A stretch of DNA of 64,000 nt from Cenarchaeum sp. (GCA_965242695.1 CBDESU010000001.1:1760001-1824000), one strand, 5' to 3'; shown: positions 9,348-20,202, counted from the first letter of the stretch. The notes: generated by a model not told the origin, from the letters alone. Numbers and translations: made by a program.

Positions 9348-10046
9348 TCACCTGCGCTCGCGCCAGTCGCCGTCGTAGGCCCCGTCGCGACCCCGCGTTT
9401 TTCGCCAGTCGACAAGCGTGACGACCGCGCCGGCGGCCATCACCGTCATCCCCGCCAGCATCGCCAGGCCCGACACGGCGAGCGGGACGAGGGCGGCGAC
9501 CAGCTTCGAGTCGGGGTCGCCAAGGATGTCCACGCTCGACGGATCGTCGACGAACATCATGACGGCGCGAAAGGGCCGGCCGCCGTCGTTGCGCACCGAG
9601 AATACGAGCTCGCCGGCGTCGGGCACCGCGATCGTGTCGAACATGACAGAGTTCTCGCTGTACCTCGGGCCGTACGCGCTCGCGCCGAGGTCGTCCGATG
9701 CGGACACGGTGAATGCATCGCCCTCTTCGTAGTCGGCGATCTCCACGGCCCAGAGCAGGGGCTGGTCCGAGTCCCCCGCGGGCGGGATGCCGCCGCCGTA
9801 CGGGACATGGCGGAACTCTGCAGTGTCGCCGGCAAAGACGAGCACCTCGTCGGTGACGTCCGTAAACACGCCGTCAAGCAGGCTGCGCACGGACGCCATT
9901 TCGCCGTTGACCGTAATTGCATCAAGGTCAGCAGTGACGGAGAGTAGCGCCAAGAACGAGCCGGCCGTGATGGCGGCACCTATGAGGCCGACGATGGGCC
10001 CGCGGCGCCTCATCGGCTGAGACACCTCCGGTGCGCCGGCGGCCAT
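9348..10046 (-). CDS. membrane protein, hypothetical
   Basis: N- and C-terminal TM helices flanking an acidic beta-rich domain; start uncertain. Confidence 0.7.
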   Translation of the reverse strand: MAAGAPEVSQPMRRRGPIVGLIGAAITAGSFLALLSVTADLDAITVNGEMASVRSLLDGVFTDVTDEVLVFAGDTAEFRHVPYGGGIPPAGDSDQPLLWAVEIADYEEGDAFTVSASDDLGASAYGPRYSENSVMFDTIAVPDAGELVFSVRNDGGRPFRAVMMFVDDPSSVDILGDPDSKLVAALVPLAVSGLAMLAGMTVMAAGAVVTLVDWRKTRGRDGAYDGDWRERR

Positions 10047-10254
10047 CCGCGGGCGGCGCGGCGCGGCATGGCAGAGGCGGGCGGCGGGCAGATGATCACC
10101 ATCGTGTGCGCCCCGCACGGCGGCCTTTATTCAAGATATGCGCGGTGGGACACAGGGCGGCGGGCGGCGGATGCGGGCATCCGTTCCATCGCAGATAACG
10201 ACACCCCGCTTCTAGACAGAGCCTGCGGGCGGCGCGCCTTGGCTTGCCGGCTGC

Positions 10255-11775
10255 CTAGCCAAGGTCCGGCTCGGTGCACGGGCTTGCTATGATATCGGCC
10301 ATGTTGCCCCCCGCGCTCTCGCTGTGATGAGACTGGAGGTTCCCGTCAGTGTCGGTGCACATGTAGATGAAGGTCGCAGTTTCAGTCTCCTTTGAATAGA
10401 ATATTTGCAGTGATTCGTCCACGCCTGGCACGGACAGCCTCAGCTCTGCCTCGAATGCCCCGAGGTCATAAAACTCGGTGTCGTCGTACTCGGGGAATTT
10501 TTCCTTGAAGACCAGCGCCTCTGGCAGGGAGCCGAGCTTTTCCTTGGTCTCGCCGCCCGACCTGTTGATCTCGTCGATCTCGCCGGCCATGCCGGCAAAG
10601 GACGAGACCGTCTCGTCGCCGCCGAACGCGTCGGCGAACGCGTCGGGATCGCCAAACACCTCGGCCGGATTCATCGAGACCATGGCGGTGATCATCTCCC
10701 GCATCTCGTCCGGCGCCGAGGCGAGCGCCTTGTCGAGCGCAGAGCCGAGTGTCGCGTCCGACGAGGCGTATCCGATCGACAGCATCTCGCTCTGGCCCGT
10801 CTCCCCCGCGTTGGTCACGTCGACCGGGGGAGCCGCCATCATCCCCGAGTTGAATGCGACCGCCCACAGCCCGACAAAGACCCCAATATCTCCGGCGCGC
10901 AGCGCCTCTATGGCCTCTATCCCAGTCGCATACCCCGTGTACTCCACTGACATCGAGTCGAGCCAGCGCGCTGCGCCGTACCCGGTCACGGCGCCGACAT
11001 CCATGCCGGACAGCGAGTCGACCTCCAAGGTCGTGCCGTCCGCGGTCGCCATGACTATCGGCAGGGTTGTATGAGTCTCGGTAAACGACATGTACTCGCG
11101 CATCTCTTCGGTCGGATCAAGCGCCATCACCACATCAGCTATTCCGTCACGGACTGCATCGCTGGGCCTAATCGGTGCACCTGGATCCGCGCCAAGCGCC
11201 GCGACGTCGACGGGCACAAAGTCGGCCGGCAGCGCTGCGTCAATCCAGCCCAAGTACGCACCGGACACTCCGCCGAGGCTGAGGGTGCTGTCGTAGAGGC
11301 CTGCATTCTGATCGTATAGTTCGACGGGCAGTCGATACGGGTCGTACGCTACGCGTATCTCGATTCCCGTCAGCCGCTCCGACTCTACATCGGTCAGGTC
11401 TATCTCGGGCACGTCTGGCATGGCGGTGCCCGACATCCCATCGCCCATGACATCGTCGCTCATCGCAGTCATGCCGTCGTCCATGCCGGCAGGCGCGTCC
11501 ATGCCGGCAGGCGCGTCCATGCCGGCAGGCGCGTCCGGCATGGCCGGCATCGGCTCCGATCCCCATCCCCTTTCAATGAGCACCGCCTTCGTGCCAGGCG
11601 AGACGCAGGCCATCGAGCCGTCGGCGTTCTTCATTATCGACTCGAGTCCCTCGCGGCACGCGGCATTCTGCTGGGCCGCCGCATCCGGCACTGCGGCCGC
11701 ACCCACGACCGCAAACGCAACTAGCAGGGCCGCCACAGAGACAGCTGCAATCGGCGACGCCCGCCTCTTGGTCAT
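10255..11775 (-). CDS. extracellular solute-binding protein (family 3-like)
   Basis: Signal peptide, IRVAYDP, DAVRDGIADVV, SFTETH, VGAVTGY, EALRAGDIGVFV, LDKALAS; 18-bp PAGMDA repeats near 11480-11535. Confidence 0.75.
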   Translation of the reverse strand: MTKRRASPIAAVSVAALLVAFAVVGAAAVPDAAAQQNAACREGLESIMKNADGSMACVSPGTKAVLIERGWGSEPMPAMPDAPAGMDAPAGMDAPAGMDDGMTAMSDDVMGDGMSGTAMPDVPEIDLTDVESERLTGIEIRVAYDPYRLPVELYDQNAGLYDSTLSLGGVSGAYLGWIDAALPADFVPVDVAALGADPGAPIRPSDAVRDGIADVVMALDPTEEMREYMSFTETHTTLPIVMATADGTTLEVDSLSGMDVGAVTGYGAARWLDSMSVEYTGYATGIEAIEALRAGDIGVFVGLWAVAFNSGMMAAPPVDVTNAGETGQSEMLSIGYASSDATLGSALDKALASAPDEMREMITAMVSMNPAEVFGDPDAFADAFGGDETVSSFAGMAGEIDEINRSGGETKEKLGSLPEALVFKEKFPEYDDTEFYDLGAFEAELRLSVPGVDESLQIFYSKETETATFIYMCTDTDGNLQSHHSESAGGNMADIIASPCTEPDLG

Positions 11776-11939
11776 GCCCACATTCAACGGCGTGGGCGCC
11801 CCGCGGTTCCTATTAAAGATGACCATCCAATGTTCAGCTTGGGCCGCATGCGGGCGCGCCGCCGCCCCTGCGCCCGCCCACGCCCACGCGACGGCCGCAC
11901 TGCAATGTTAATACCGCGCCCGGGCGGCGGCGCGCCGCC

Positions 11940-12254
11940 ATGTCGTTCCACCCCTCGCAGGTGCCCGTCGCAAAGGTGTTTGACCTGGTCGACACGGCCG
12001 GCGCCGAGAGGGCCGCAGCCGAGATGGTCGAGCTCGGCTTTGACGACAGGGACGACGGATTCAAGGTGCTCATGCCCAAGGACAAGAGGCTTGCAAAGAG
12101 GATAGGCCATACCGTGACCACATCCGTCAACTATGGGCTTGGCAGGGCCGGCAAGGATCGCAGTGTCAGGTTCTGGACGTACCACGAGGACGAGGACCAC
12201 TACGCCATCGTCCTAGTCGGCGTCGCCGCCGCCGAGAGGCTCGGCGCCGCCTGA
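11940..12254 (+). CDS. conserved hypothetical protein
   Basis: Clean 104-aa ORF with TATA-like ttaata upstream. Confidence 0.75.
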   Translation: MSFHPSQVPVAKVFDLVDTAGAERAAAEMVELGFDDRDDGFKVLMPKDKRLAKRIGHTVTTSVNYGLGRAGKDRSVRFWTYHEDEDHYAIVLVGVAAAERLGAA

Positions 12255-12938
12255 CCTGCGCGCCCGGCGCAGCCGAGGCCAGAGGCGCGACGCCGGGCGA
12301 AGCCTCGTCTTGCGGGCCATCGCGCCGGCGAGCAGCGCGCCGAGTATGCCGCTTGCGATCACGTCGGACGGATAGTGCTCCATCAGGTACACGCGGCTCA
12401 CGGCCATGAGGGCGGGGTACAGCAGGATCAGGTAGCACCCGCGCGGGAACCTCTCCGAGACGACAAGCGCCATCACGATGGCAAAGACGGCCGCGCGCGC
12501 GACGTGGCCCGACGGGTACGATGCGTTGTAGCCGCCGGCGCAGAACAGCGAGAACGTGTCGCCCGTGAGGTCCATTACGAACGGGTTGCCGGCGAACTCG
12601 TGGGGCGGCCGCTCCCTCTCGACCCCGCACTTTACGTAGCCCGTGACCAGCGTGGCAAGGACGAGCAGGATCATCAGGGTGATCCCGATGCGGCGCGTCG
12701 GCCGCAGTATGATCATGGCAACCGCAAACCCGAACATGTAGAAGACGTCGCCTGCCTCCGTCACCGACTGCATGAACAGGTCGGCCGCGGCGTTGCCGGC
12801 CGCCTCGTAAAAGTAGCCGGACGCGGCCTCGTCGGCGCCTGCCGTCGCCCCCGACATGACGATCAGCGAGGCGGCGACAAACGCGGCCGCCAGCAGGACG
12901 AACGGCCTCGATCGTATGTCGAATATCCAGGATTCCAC
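12213..12938 (-). CDS. PAP2-family membrane phosphatase
   Basis: K-x6-RP (KCGVERERP), SYPSGH, SRVYLMEHYPSDV; GTG start at 12938 inferred. Confidence 0.88.
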   Translation of the reverse strand: MESWIFDIRSRPFVLLAAAFVAASLIVMSGATAGADEAASGYFYEAAGNAAADLFMQSVTEAGDVFYMFGFAVAMIILRPTRRIGITLMILLVLATLVTGYVKCGVERERPPHEFAGNPFVMDLTGDTFSLFCAGGYNASYPSGHVARAAVFAIVMALVVSERFPRGCYLILLYPALMAVSRVYLMEHYPSDVIASGILGALLAGAMARKTRLRPASRLWPRLRRARRSGGAEPLGGGDAD

Positions 12939-13217
12939 CGCGGAGGCGCCTCGTGCGGGCGCTATTAACGTAGCAGGCGCCTCGCGCGGGCCTCCAGGCC
13001 AGCAACCCCCGTTGCGCGGCGGCGCGGATGCACGTCCGAACCTGCGCGGGGCCGCGATCCATGCAGGGATGCTGGCGCGGCGCCCGCACATGCCGCGCCT
13101 GCCCGCTACAAGCGCCCGCGTTTTGCCGACGGAGGGCATGCCGCGCAGCCCCTGCGCTCGCCCCGCCATCCGCCCGCCAACCGCGGCAGTCCGGCTCGCA
13201 CGGCCCGCGACGCGTCG

Positions 13218-13466
13218 GTGGGCAGTCGCACCGCCGCGTCCGCCGGCAAGGGCAAGGCCGCCGGGCGCAGGCCAAAGCTTGCCAGCCGCGAGATCGACGA
13301 AAAGCACATCAAGCAGGGAATGGAACCGGGCGAGTACATCATGGGCAAGCGCGACACGCTGCCCGTCCAACGGCGGATGCGCGACGGCAAGGGAGGCGTC
13401 AAGGCCTCGACCCTGCCGGGGGACAGAGGCCGCGCGGGCCGCGAATGCGCCCATGAAGGGTTTTAA
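13218..13466 (+). CDS. small basic hypothetical protein
   Basis: Lys/Glu-rich core (EIDEKHIKQGMEPGEYIMGKRD) with coding-like codon use. Confidence 0.4.
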   Translation: MGSRTAASAGKGKAAGRRPKLASREIDEKHIKQGMEPGEYIMGKRDTLPVQRRMRDGKGGVKASTLPGDRGRAGRECAHEGF

Positions 13467-13502
13467 CAAGGGCGGGCGGGGGCGCCGATCGGACGGGCCG
13501 GA

Positions 13503-14741
13503 TTGAGGATACTCACGATAGACGACTTCGACTTTGCGGGCAAGACGGTGTTCCTTAGGCTGGATATGAACTGCCCGATCGATCCCGACACGGGCCGCAT
13601 AGCCGGCGCCGGCCGCATAGAGGAGGCCGTCGAGAGCATCGAGGCGCTGCGCGGCGCAAAGCTCGTCGTCGCCTCGCACCAGGGCAGGGTCGGCAGCGAG
13701 GACTACACGGGGATGGACGGGCATGCCGAGGTGCTGCGCAGGCTGCTCGGCCGCGACATCGTCCACGTGCAGGACGTCATCGGAAGCGCCGCCCGCCAAG
13801 CCATCGCCGCGCTGGAGGGCGGCCAGACGCTGCTGCTCGACAACCTGCGGCTGTGCGCCGAGGAGAACTACGAGTTTGCGCCCGACGCGGCAGCCCGCAC
13901 GATCATGGTAAGGAGGCTGCAAGGGCTGTTCGACCTGTGCGTGCTCGACTCGTTCCCGAGCGCCCACAGGTCGCACCCGTCCATAGTCGGATTCTCGCGC
14001 GCCCTGCCCGCGTGCGCCGGCCGCATAGTAGAGAGGGAGGTGCGCGAGCTCGACGAGATCATGACGGTCGCAAAGGCGCCGCACGTCATAGTCCTGGGCG
14101 GCTCAAAGGTGCCCGACCGCCTCGAGGCCATGCGCATGCTCATCAAGACGGGCAGGGCCGACCACATACTGCTCACGGGGCTCATCGGCAACGTCTTCAT
14201 GAGGGCGCAGGGCAGGATAAAGTCGCCGCTCGGGATCGCCCGCGAGGACGAGGTCGTCGCCAAGGCCCACTCGCTGATCGGCGAGTACCCCGACGTGTTC
14301 TCGACGCCCGTCGACGTCGCAGTCGACAAGGACGGCGACAGGGTCGAGATGGACGTGCGCGACCTGGGCAGGGGAGATCGCATACTCGACCTGGGCGCAA
14401 AGACGGTGGAGCACTACAACAGGATGATCTCGGGGGCGGGAACCGTCTTCATCAGCGGCCCGCCCGGCCTCTTCGAGAACAAGAGGTTCGAGGACGGCAC
14501 GAGGGGGCTGCTCGGGGGCGTGGCCGACTCGATGGCCACGACCATCGTAAGCGGCGGGCACCTCACGACGGCCCTGCGCAGGTACGGCCTGGAGAAGAGG
14601 ATAAACCACCTGAGCACCGCCGGCGGCGCCCTGGTGAGGTACCTCACGGGAAAGAAGCTGCCCATGATGCAGTCGCTCGAAGAGGCCGCCAGGCGGCACA
14701 GGGAGGGGGGCGCCCCGCAGGGGAGCGGCCGGGCCGGCTAG
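13503..14741 (+). CDS. pgk: phosphoglycerate kinase
   Basis: VFLRLDMNCP, ASHQGR, LLDNLR, AHRSHPS, LGGSK, SGGHL, HLSTAGGA. Confidence 0.96.
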   Translation: MRILTIDDFDFAGKTVFLRLDMNCPIDPDTGRIAGAGRIEEAVESIEALRGAKLVVASHQGRVGSEDYTGMDGHAEVLRRLLGRDIVHVQDVIGSAARQAIAALEGGQTLLLDNLRLCAEENYEFAPDAAARTIMVRRLQGLFDLCVLDSFPSAHRSHPSIVGFSRALPACAGRIVEREVRELDEIMTVAKAPHVIVLGGSKVPDRLEAMRMLIKTGRADHILLTGLIGNVFMRAQGRIKSPLGIAREDEVVAKAHSLIGEYPDVFSTPVDVAVDKDGDRVEMDVRDLGRGDRILDLGAKTVEHYNRMISGAGTVFISGPPGLFENKRFEDGTRGLLGGVADSMATTIVSGGHLTTALRRYGLEKRINHLSTAGGALVRYLTGKKLPMMQSLEEAARRHREGGAPQGSGRAG

Positions 14742-15655
14742 GGCGCCGCCAGCGACAGGACCGGAACGTGGAACGCGGCGTCGACTACGACGGCGGCGAA
14801 TATGACCGTCAGGTACGGCGCCGTCACCTTGTAGGCCTTCCACGCAAAGTCCGACGTCGGCGTCCTCGTGAGGCGGTAGTGGTACGCCAGCATGAGGCCG
14901 CCCGAGGCTGCCGCGATTGCGCCGTACACGGCGCCCATGCCGAACAGGCACAGCACGAGCGAGTACGGCAGGAGTATCGCCGTGTTTGCCAGTATGTAGC
15001 GCGAGGTCCTCTGCATGCCGACGACCACTGGCAGCATCGGGACGTCGGCCTGGCGGTACTCGTCGCGTATCTTCATGGCCAGGCACCAAAAGTGCGACGG
15101 CGTCCAGACGAACACCAGAAAGCCGACTAGGAAGCCGAGCAGGTCCAGCGTTCCGGTTGCCGCGGCCCAGCCGGCCCACGATGCGGCGCTGCCCGCTATG
15201 CCGCCGATCACTATATTCGACGTGTTGAGGCGCTTGAGCCAGACCGTGTAGACCACGACGTACGAGAATATGCCGAGCGCGATGAAGGCGGCCGCCGCCG
15301 CGTTGAGCGCAAAGTACCCGTACACGACCGACGCCGCGCTGGCGGCCAGGCCGTACGCCAGGACCGTTCCCGGCGAGATGCGCCCCGACGGGATCGGGCG
15401 ATCGCTCGTCCGCGACATCTTCGGGTCGATGTCGCGATCGTAGTAGTGGTTGAGCGCGCTCGAGCCGGCCGACGCGAGGGCCCCGGCGGCGGCAAGGTGC
15501 AGGTACGATGCGAGCGCGGGGCCGAACGGGTCGGACGCGCCAGGCGGCGCGTCCGGCGACAGGCTGGCGCCGGCGTACATCGACGCGAGCGCCGTTATGA
15601 CGAGCAGGACTATGATTCGCGGCTTTGAGACCTCGGCGATCTCGCGAAGTGGCAA
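14738..15655 (-). CDS. ctaB: protoheme IX farnesyltransferase (heme o synthase)
   Basis: SKPRII, NHYYDRDID..M.RT..RPIPSG, YTVWLKR, WTPSHF, EYRQADVPMLP; TTG start at 15655 inferred. Confidence 0.95.
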   Translation of the reverse strand: MPLREIAEVSKPRIIVLLVITALASMYAGASLSPDAPPGASDPFGPALASYLHLAAAGALASAGSSALNHYYDRDIDPKMSRTSDRPIPSGRISPGTVLAYGLAASAASVVYGYFALNAAAAAFIALGIFSYVVVYTVWLKRLNTSNIVIGGIAGSAASWAGWAAATGTLDLLGFLVGFLVFVWTPSHFWCLAMKIRDEYRQADVPMLPVVVGMQRTSRYILANTAILLPYSLVLCLFGMGAVYGAIAAASGGLMLAYHYRLTRTPTSDFAWKAYKVTAPYLTVIFAAVVVDAAFHVPVLSLAAP

Positions 15656-15932
15656 CGCCCATGCGGCCGCGCGCGGGGATTTAATGGTAGTGAGCGGCGG
15701 CCGCGGAGGCGGGCCGGGGAGAGGGGCGGCAGGGGCCGGCGGGCGGTCCCGGTGCGGACGCGCGCAGGCCCGTGCCCGGGCAGCCGGGCGGCGATGCGGC
15801 TGGGGCCAGGCGAGGCCGCCCGCGCGGCGGGGGCCAGGTGGCGGTGCAGGCAGGGGTGGGGGCGGCAGGGGCGCGATCCGGGCGGCGTCCGCGCTCCAAA
15901 CGATTAAGTATTTGCGGCCGGCTTGCGCGCCC

Positions 15933-16775
15933 GTGAGCAACTGGGATCTGATGATGCCGGGCATGGGGCTTACATCAATCGGCCTGGCAGGCGTCGTCAT
16001 ATCCTACGCAGGGATAGCCCACACGTTCATCGACGGCATGCACGCCTTGACCGGCCTGACCATGTTCATCGGGCTGATCTTCCTGTCGGCCGGCATCCTA
16101 GAGGGCGGCGTCTCGACGAGCAACCGCGCAAAGGCGACCGTCCTCGTCGTCCTGGCCATCTCGCTGTCGTTCGGGGCCGCGGCCCTCGTGTACAACACGA
16201 TCAGCACCGTGCCGACGTTTGCCGCCGTCATGATGATACTCGCCACGCCTGCCATCGTCATGGCGTACCTGGCCACCAAGATGCCGCAGTACCTCAGGCC
16301 GGTCGGACTCATATTCGCACTGGCCGCCGTGGCAGGCGTCTCGTCGTTCGTCGCCTTCGGCCTGGTCGGCCCCGACACGTACCTGATCGCAGAGCCCGAG
16401 CCAGAGGCAGAGGAAGAGCCCGACGGGGCCCCGCCTGAGGGCGCCGAGTCGGTGCAGATATCGATACTGGAAGGCTCCGACCAGGTGGACGCGCCCGACT
16501 TTGACCCCGACGAGGCGTCCGTCGAGCGCGGGACGTTCGTGGTATGGGCCAACGACGATGCCGTGATGCACACGGTGACGAGCCAGGACGACGGCGGCGC
16601 GGCATTCGACTCGGGATTAGTCGAGGCCGGCGCAGAGTTCGCCGTCGACACGTCGGGCCTCGATCCCGGCGACTACCCGTACTACTGCATTGTCCACCCG
16701 TGGATGACGTCCGTGCTCACCGTGACCGAGGCGGCCGATGCGGGCGAGGAATTCTCGCCCGATGCGGAAGGGTAG
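15933..16775 (+). CDS. membrane-anchored cupredoxin (blue copper) protein
   Basis: About five TM helices followed by W.N.D...HTVTS, FDSG and YYCIVHPWM type-1 copper ligands. Confidence 0.9.
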   Translation: MSNWDLMMPGMGLTSIGLAGVVISYAGIAHTFIDGMHALTGLTMFIGLIFLSAGILEGGVSTSNRAKATVLVVLAISLSFGAAALVYNTISTVPTFAAVMMILATPAIVMAYLATKMPQYLRPVGLIFALAAVAGVSSFVAFGLVGPDTYLIAEPEPEAEEEPDGAPPEGAESVQISILEGSDQVDAPDFDPDEASVERGTFVVWANDDAVMHTVTSQDDGGAAFDSGLVEAGAEFAVDTSGLDPGDYPYYCIVHPWMTSVLTVTEAADAGEEFSPDAEG

Positions 16776-16779
16776 CGCC

Positions 16780-17226
16780 TTGGCGGCCCGCCTGCCGCCG
16801 TCCGTGTCGATGGGGCGCGGGCTGCTCGACAACCTGGCCCGGCATGCAAGGCTGGAAGAGCCGCGCGAGTCGTGCGCCCTCCTGCTCGGCAGCCCCGTCG
16901 CAGAGGGAGAGTCCGTCGCAGTCAGCGGGGCGCTGCCCGTCACCAACGCCTCGGAGACGCCCGAGACGGCATTCGACGTGCCAAGCGACGAGCTGATCGG
17001 CGCGTACAAGAGGGCAGAGGACAGCGGGCTGGCCATAGTCGGCATATTCCACTCGCATCCCACGTCCAGGGCCGCGCCGTCCGAGACGGACAGGCGCATG
17101 ATGCTGATCAACCCCGTCGTGTGGGTCATCTACTCGATCCGCGACGGCAATGCGAGGGCGTACGCGATCGACTGCGGCGCGGGCGGAGACGGGAGCGCCG
17201 CAGAGATAAGGCTGGAGACGGACTAG
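16780..17226 (+). CDS. JAMM/MPN+ (Mov34) metalloprotease
   Basis: PRESCALL, GIFHSHP...PSETD motif. Confidence 0.9.
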   Translation: MAARLPPSVSMGRGLLDNLARHARLEEPRESCALLLGSPVAEGESVAVSGALPVTNASETPETAFDVPSDELIGAYKRAEDSGLAIVGIFHSHPTSRAAPSETDRRMMLINPVVWVIYSIRDGNARAYAIDCGAGGDGSAAEIRLETD

Positions 17227-17349
17227 CCGGCGCGATCGCCCCGGCGCCCGGCGCGCGGATCGCGCGCGGGGGAGAGGGGGCGCGCGCCCCAGTCCACGCC
17301 CATGTAGCGATCGGCGTGGGTTAAATATCCCGCGCCGCGGCCCCCGCGC

Positions 17350-17610
17350 ATGGAAATCCACGTGTACGACACGTACGTCAAGGCCAAGGATGGGCACACC
17401 ATGCACTTTGACGTGATCACCAACGTAAAGGACCACGGCAAGGCCATCGAGTACGGCAAGGAGTGGCTCGCCGGCATCGGCGAGGCAGATGCCACCATGA
17501 CGCAGAACGAATGCCAGTTCTGCCACAGCCAGGGCGCGCCCGATCACGTACAAAAGGACATCAACGAAAAGGGATACTTCATCCAAAAGATGGAAGGCTG
17601 CCCCCAGTAG
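17350..17610 (+). CDS. DUF2024 family protein
   Basis: IHVYDTYV.AKDGHTMHFDV, ECQFCHSQ; TTAAATA upstream. Confidence 0.85.
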   Translation: MEIHVYDTYVKAKDGHTMHFDVITNVKDHGKAIEYGKEWLAGIGEADATMTQNECQFCHSQGAPDHVQKDINEKGYFIQKMEGCPQ

Positions 17611-17732
17611 CAGGCATCCCGATCTTTTCACTATTTTGGCGCTGGCGGCGGCGCCCGTTGCCGCCCGCGCCGGCCGCCCAGGGGCGCGGCCGGAGGCCAA
17701 CGCTTTTACAAGGCGCGCGCGCCGGCTGCCGC

Positions 17733-17978
17733 GTGGACAGGAACCGCTACTCGAGGATGACGATCGAGGGGGACAAGAAGACCGAGTGGATATGCGGCTG
17801 CTTCCTGACCGGGGACGACTACTTCAAGTTCTGCCAGAGGCACAACGAGTCGCTCAAAAAGGCCGTGCTGGCCCAGATAGACGAGCTCGACATGACAATG
17901 GTCGTGGCGGAGGGCAGGGCGCACGGCGCGCCGGCCGCCGGCGGCGGCGGGGACGGCGCTGCGGCGGCGGGCGCATAG
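17733..17978 (+). CDS. small hypothetical protein (CGC...C..H)
   Basis: DRNRYSRMTIEGDKKTEWICGCF...FCQRH; TATA-like ttttaca about 25 nt upstream. Confidence 0.65.
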   Translation: MDRNRYSRMTIEGDKKTEWICGCFLTGDDYFKFCQRHNESLKKAVLAQIDELDMTMVVAEGRAHGAPAAGGGGDGAAAAGA

Positions 17979-18162
17979 CCCGCGCATCGTTCGATCCCAG
18001 GGCGATCGCGCCGCGCGCCCGGCGGCCCGCATCGGGGCGCTCCGCGCACCCGCCGGCGCCGGATGCGCCCGGGGCAGGCCGCGCCCCCGATGGCCAGGCC
18101 GGCATCAAGTGATCGAGTCGTGCAGGGGAGCGGCTGGCATGGGCCGCCGCGGCGCCTGGCTG

Positions 18163-20202
18163 CTAGAGTACGAGCACGGCGACGAACGCAGAGACGAACA
18201 CGATCGCTATCGTGTTGAGGAGCTTTATGACCGTGTTCAGGGCGGGCCCCGCCGTGTCCTTGTACGGGTCCCCGATGATGTCTCCGACGACGGCGACCTT
18301 GTGCTCCTCGGACCCCTTTTGCCCGCGCATCTCTACGAGCTTTTTCGCGTTGTCCCACGCGCCGCCCGTGTTTGCAAGGTGGTACGCCAGGAATATCCCC
18401 GTGACGACGGATCCCATTAGGAGCCCGGCGACGGCGGTCGGGCCGAGGACGACCCCGAGTATTATCGGCGATATGATCGCGACGAGCGCCGGCTTCCACA
18501 GCTCCCTGATCGAGGCGGCCGTCGCAATGTCGACGCAGCGCGCGTAGTCGGGCTTGGACTTGCCCGTGAGTATCCCCGCATTCTCGCGGAACTGCCTGCG
18601 CACCTCGTCGACCATGCGGCCGGCCGCGCGCGAGACGCCGTCGATGAGCTGCCCCGTGATTATGAACGGGATGAGGCCGCCGACGAGCAGCCCGACGATG
18701 ACGGCGGGGTTCGTGAGGCCGTAGTCCAGGTCGAGCACGCCCGCGAATACGTGGGCCGCCTCGAACTGGAACGCCTGGATCATGGCCAGGGCCGCGAGGG
18801 CCGCGCTTGCGATCGCAAAGCCCTTTGTGACGGCCTTTGTCGTGTTGCCGACCGCGTCGATCTCGTCAGTGACGCGCCTGTTCTCCTCGCCCATGCCGGT
18901 CATCTCGACGATCCCGCCGGCGTTGTCGGCGATCGGGCCGAACGCGTCTATGCTCAGGACGATCCCCGCCAGGCTCAGCATCGCCATCGCCGTAAGCGAC
19001 GTGCCGAATATGCCGTACAGGACGGGATCGGCCCCCTCTGGGGCCGCCGCCGACGAGACGGCGTACGAGACGACGATCGCCGCGACGAGTGCGATCATGA
19101 ACGGCCCCGTGGAGTTGAGGCCCTTTATGATCCCGGTGAGCGTGAGCGAGGCGTAGCCCCACTTTGCAGACTCTGCAATCTCGTTGACCGCGCGGTACTT
19201 GTAGCTCGTGTAGCGGTCGGTGATGCGCTGTATGACTGGCACCAGCACGACGCCGATCACCGTGGATGCGAACAGGCCGATCACCACGGGGCCGTCGCCG
19301 ATGAACACGGTGGCAAAGGCGTAGTTTAGCGCGATCGCAATGGCGGCCGACACGTAGAACGACCGGTTGAGCGGCTTCATCACGTCCGTGATCCCCTTCG
19401 AGCCGACGATGACGACGCCGACGATCGAGGCGATCATGCCGGACGCGCCGACTAGTATGGGGAACAGGAAGAGGCTCGGCGAGCTGATCAGGGCCGCTAT
19501 GAGCAGCGATGCGAGTATGGTCACAATGTACGACTCGTACACGTCCGATCCCATGCCGGCCGCGTCGCCGACGTTGTCGCCGACGTTGTCGGCGATGGTC
19601 GCAGGGTTGCGGGGGTCGTCCTCGGGGATGTTGGCCTCTACCTTGCCGACGAGGTCGGCGCCCATGTCGGCGGCCTTTGTGAATATGCCGCCCCCGATCC
19701 TGATGAACAGCGCGATTAGGCTCGCCCCGATGCCGACGCCGGCTATGACGATGGGGTCCTCGTAGACCATGTAGAGGCCCGTGATGGCCAGCAGGGCCAT
19801 TGCCGGCACGGCAAGGCCCACGGTCGCGCCGCCCCTGAACGCCATGGCGAACGTCTTGCCCAGGCCGCTGCCGCTCAGGTTGGCGGCCCGCACGGCGGCC
19901 TTTACCGTGATCTTTAGCGATATGAGGCCGGCCACGGCCGAGAGGGTGGCGCCGACGGCAAACGCAATGCCGTTGGACGGCTGCAGGAAGGCGCCGATGA
20001 TGACGGCCAGGCCGACGGCGACGGGTATGATGATCTTCATCTCGCGCTTGAGGAACGCGGCGGCGCCGACGCGCACCGCGTTGGACAGCTCTAGCATCTG
20101 GGGCGTGCCCGCCGGCTGGCGCGTTATCCACGCGGCCAGTGCCGCTGCGACCAGGAATGAGGCAATGCCTGCGCCGATAGGCAGTGCCTGCGCTGCGTCC
20201 AT
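18163..20202 (-). CDS. hppA: membrane H+-translocating pyrophosphatase, K+-independent type
   Basis: GGGIFTKAADMGADLVGKVE, DNVGDNVGD, GNTTKA (Lys variant), GGAWDNAKK, GDPYKDT. Confidence 0.96.
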   Translation of the reverse strand: MDAAQALPIGAGIASFLVAAALAAWITRQPAGTPQMLELSNAVRVGAAAFLKREMKIIIPVAVGLAVIIGAFLQPSNGIAFAVGATLSAVAGLISLKITVKAAVRAANLSGSGLGKTFAMAFRGGATVGLAVPAMALLAITGLYMVYEDPIVIAGVGIGASLIALFIRIGGGIFTKAADMGADLVGKVEANIPEDDPRNPATIADNVGDNVGDAAGMGSDVYESYIVTILASLLIAALISSPSLFLFPILVGASGMIASIVGVVIVGSKGITDVMKPLNRSFYVSAAIAIALNYAFATVFIGDGPVVIGLFASTVIGVVLVPVIQRITDRYTSYKYRAVNEIAESAKWGYASLTLTGIIKGLNSTGPFMIALVAAIVVSYAVSSAAAPEGADPVLYGIFGTSLTAMAMLSLAGIVLSIDAFGPIADNAGGIVEMTGMGEENRRVTDEIDAVGNTTKAVTKGFAIASAALAALAMIQAFQFEAAHVFAGVLDLDYGLTNPAVIVGLLVGGLIPFIITGQLIDGVSRAAGRMVDEVRRQFRENAGILTGKSKPDYARCVDIATAASIRELWKPALVAIISPIILGVVLGPTAVAGLLMGSVVTGIFLAYHLANTGGAWDNAKKLVEMRGQKGSEEHKVAVVGDIIGDPYKDTAGPALNTVIKLLNTIAIVFVSAFVAVLVL

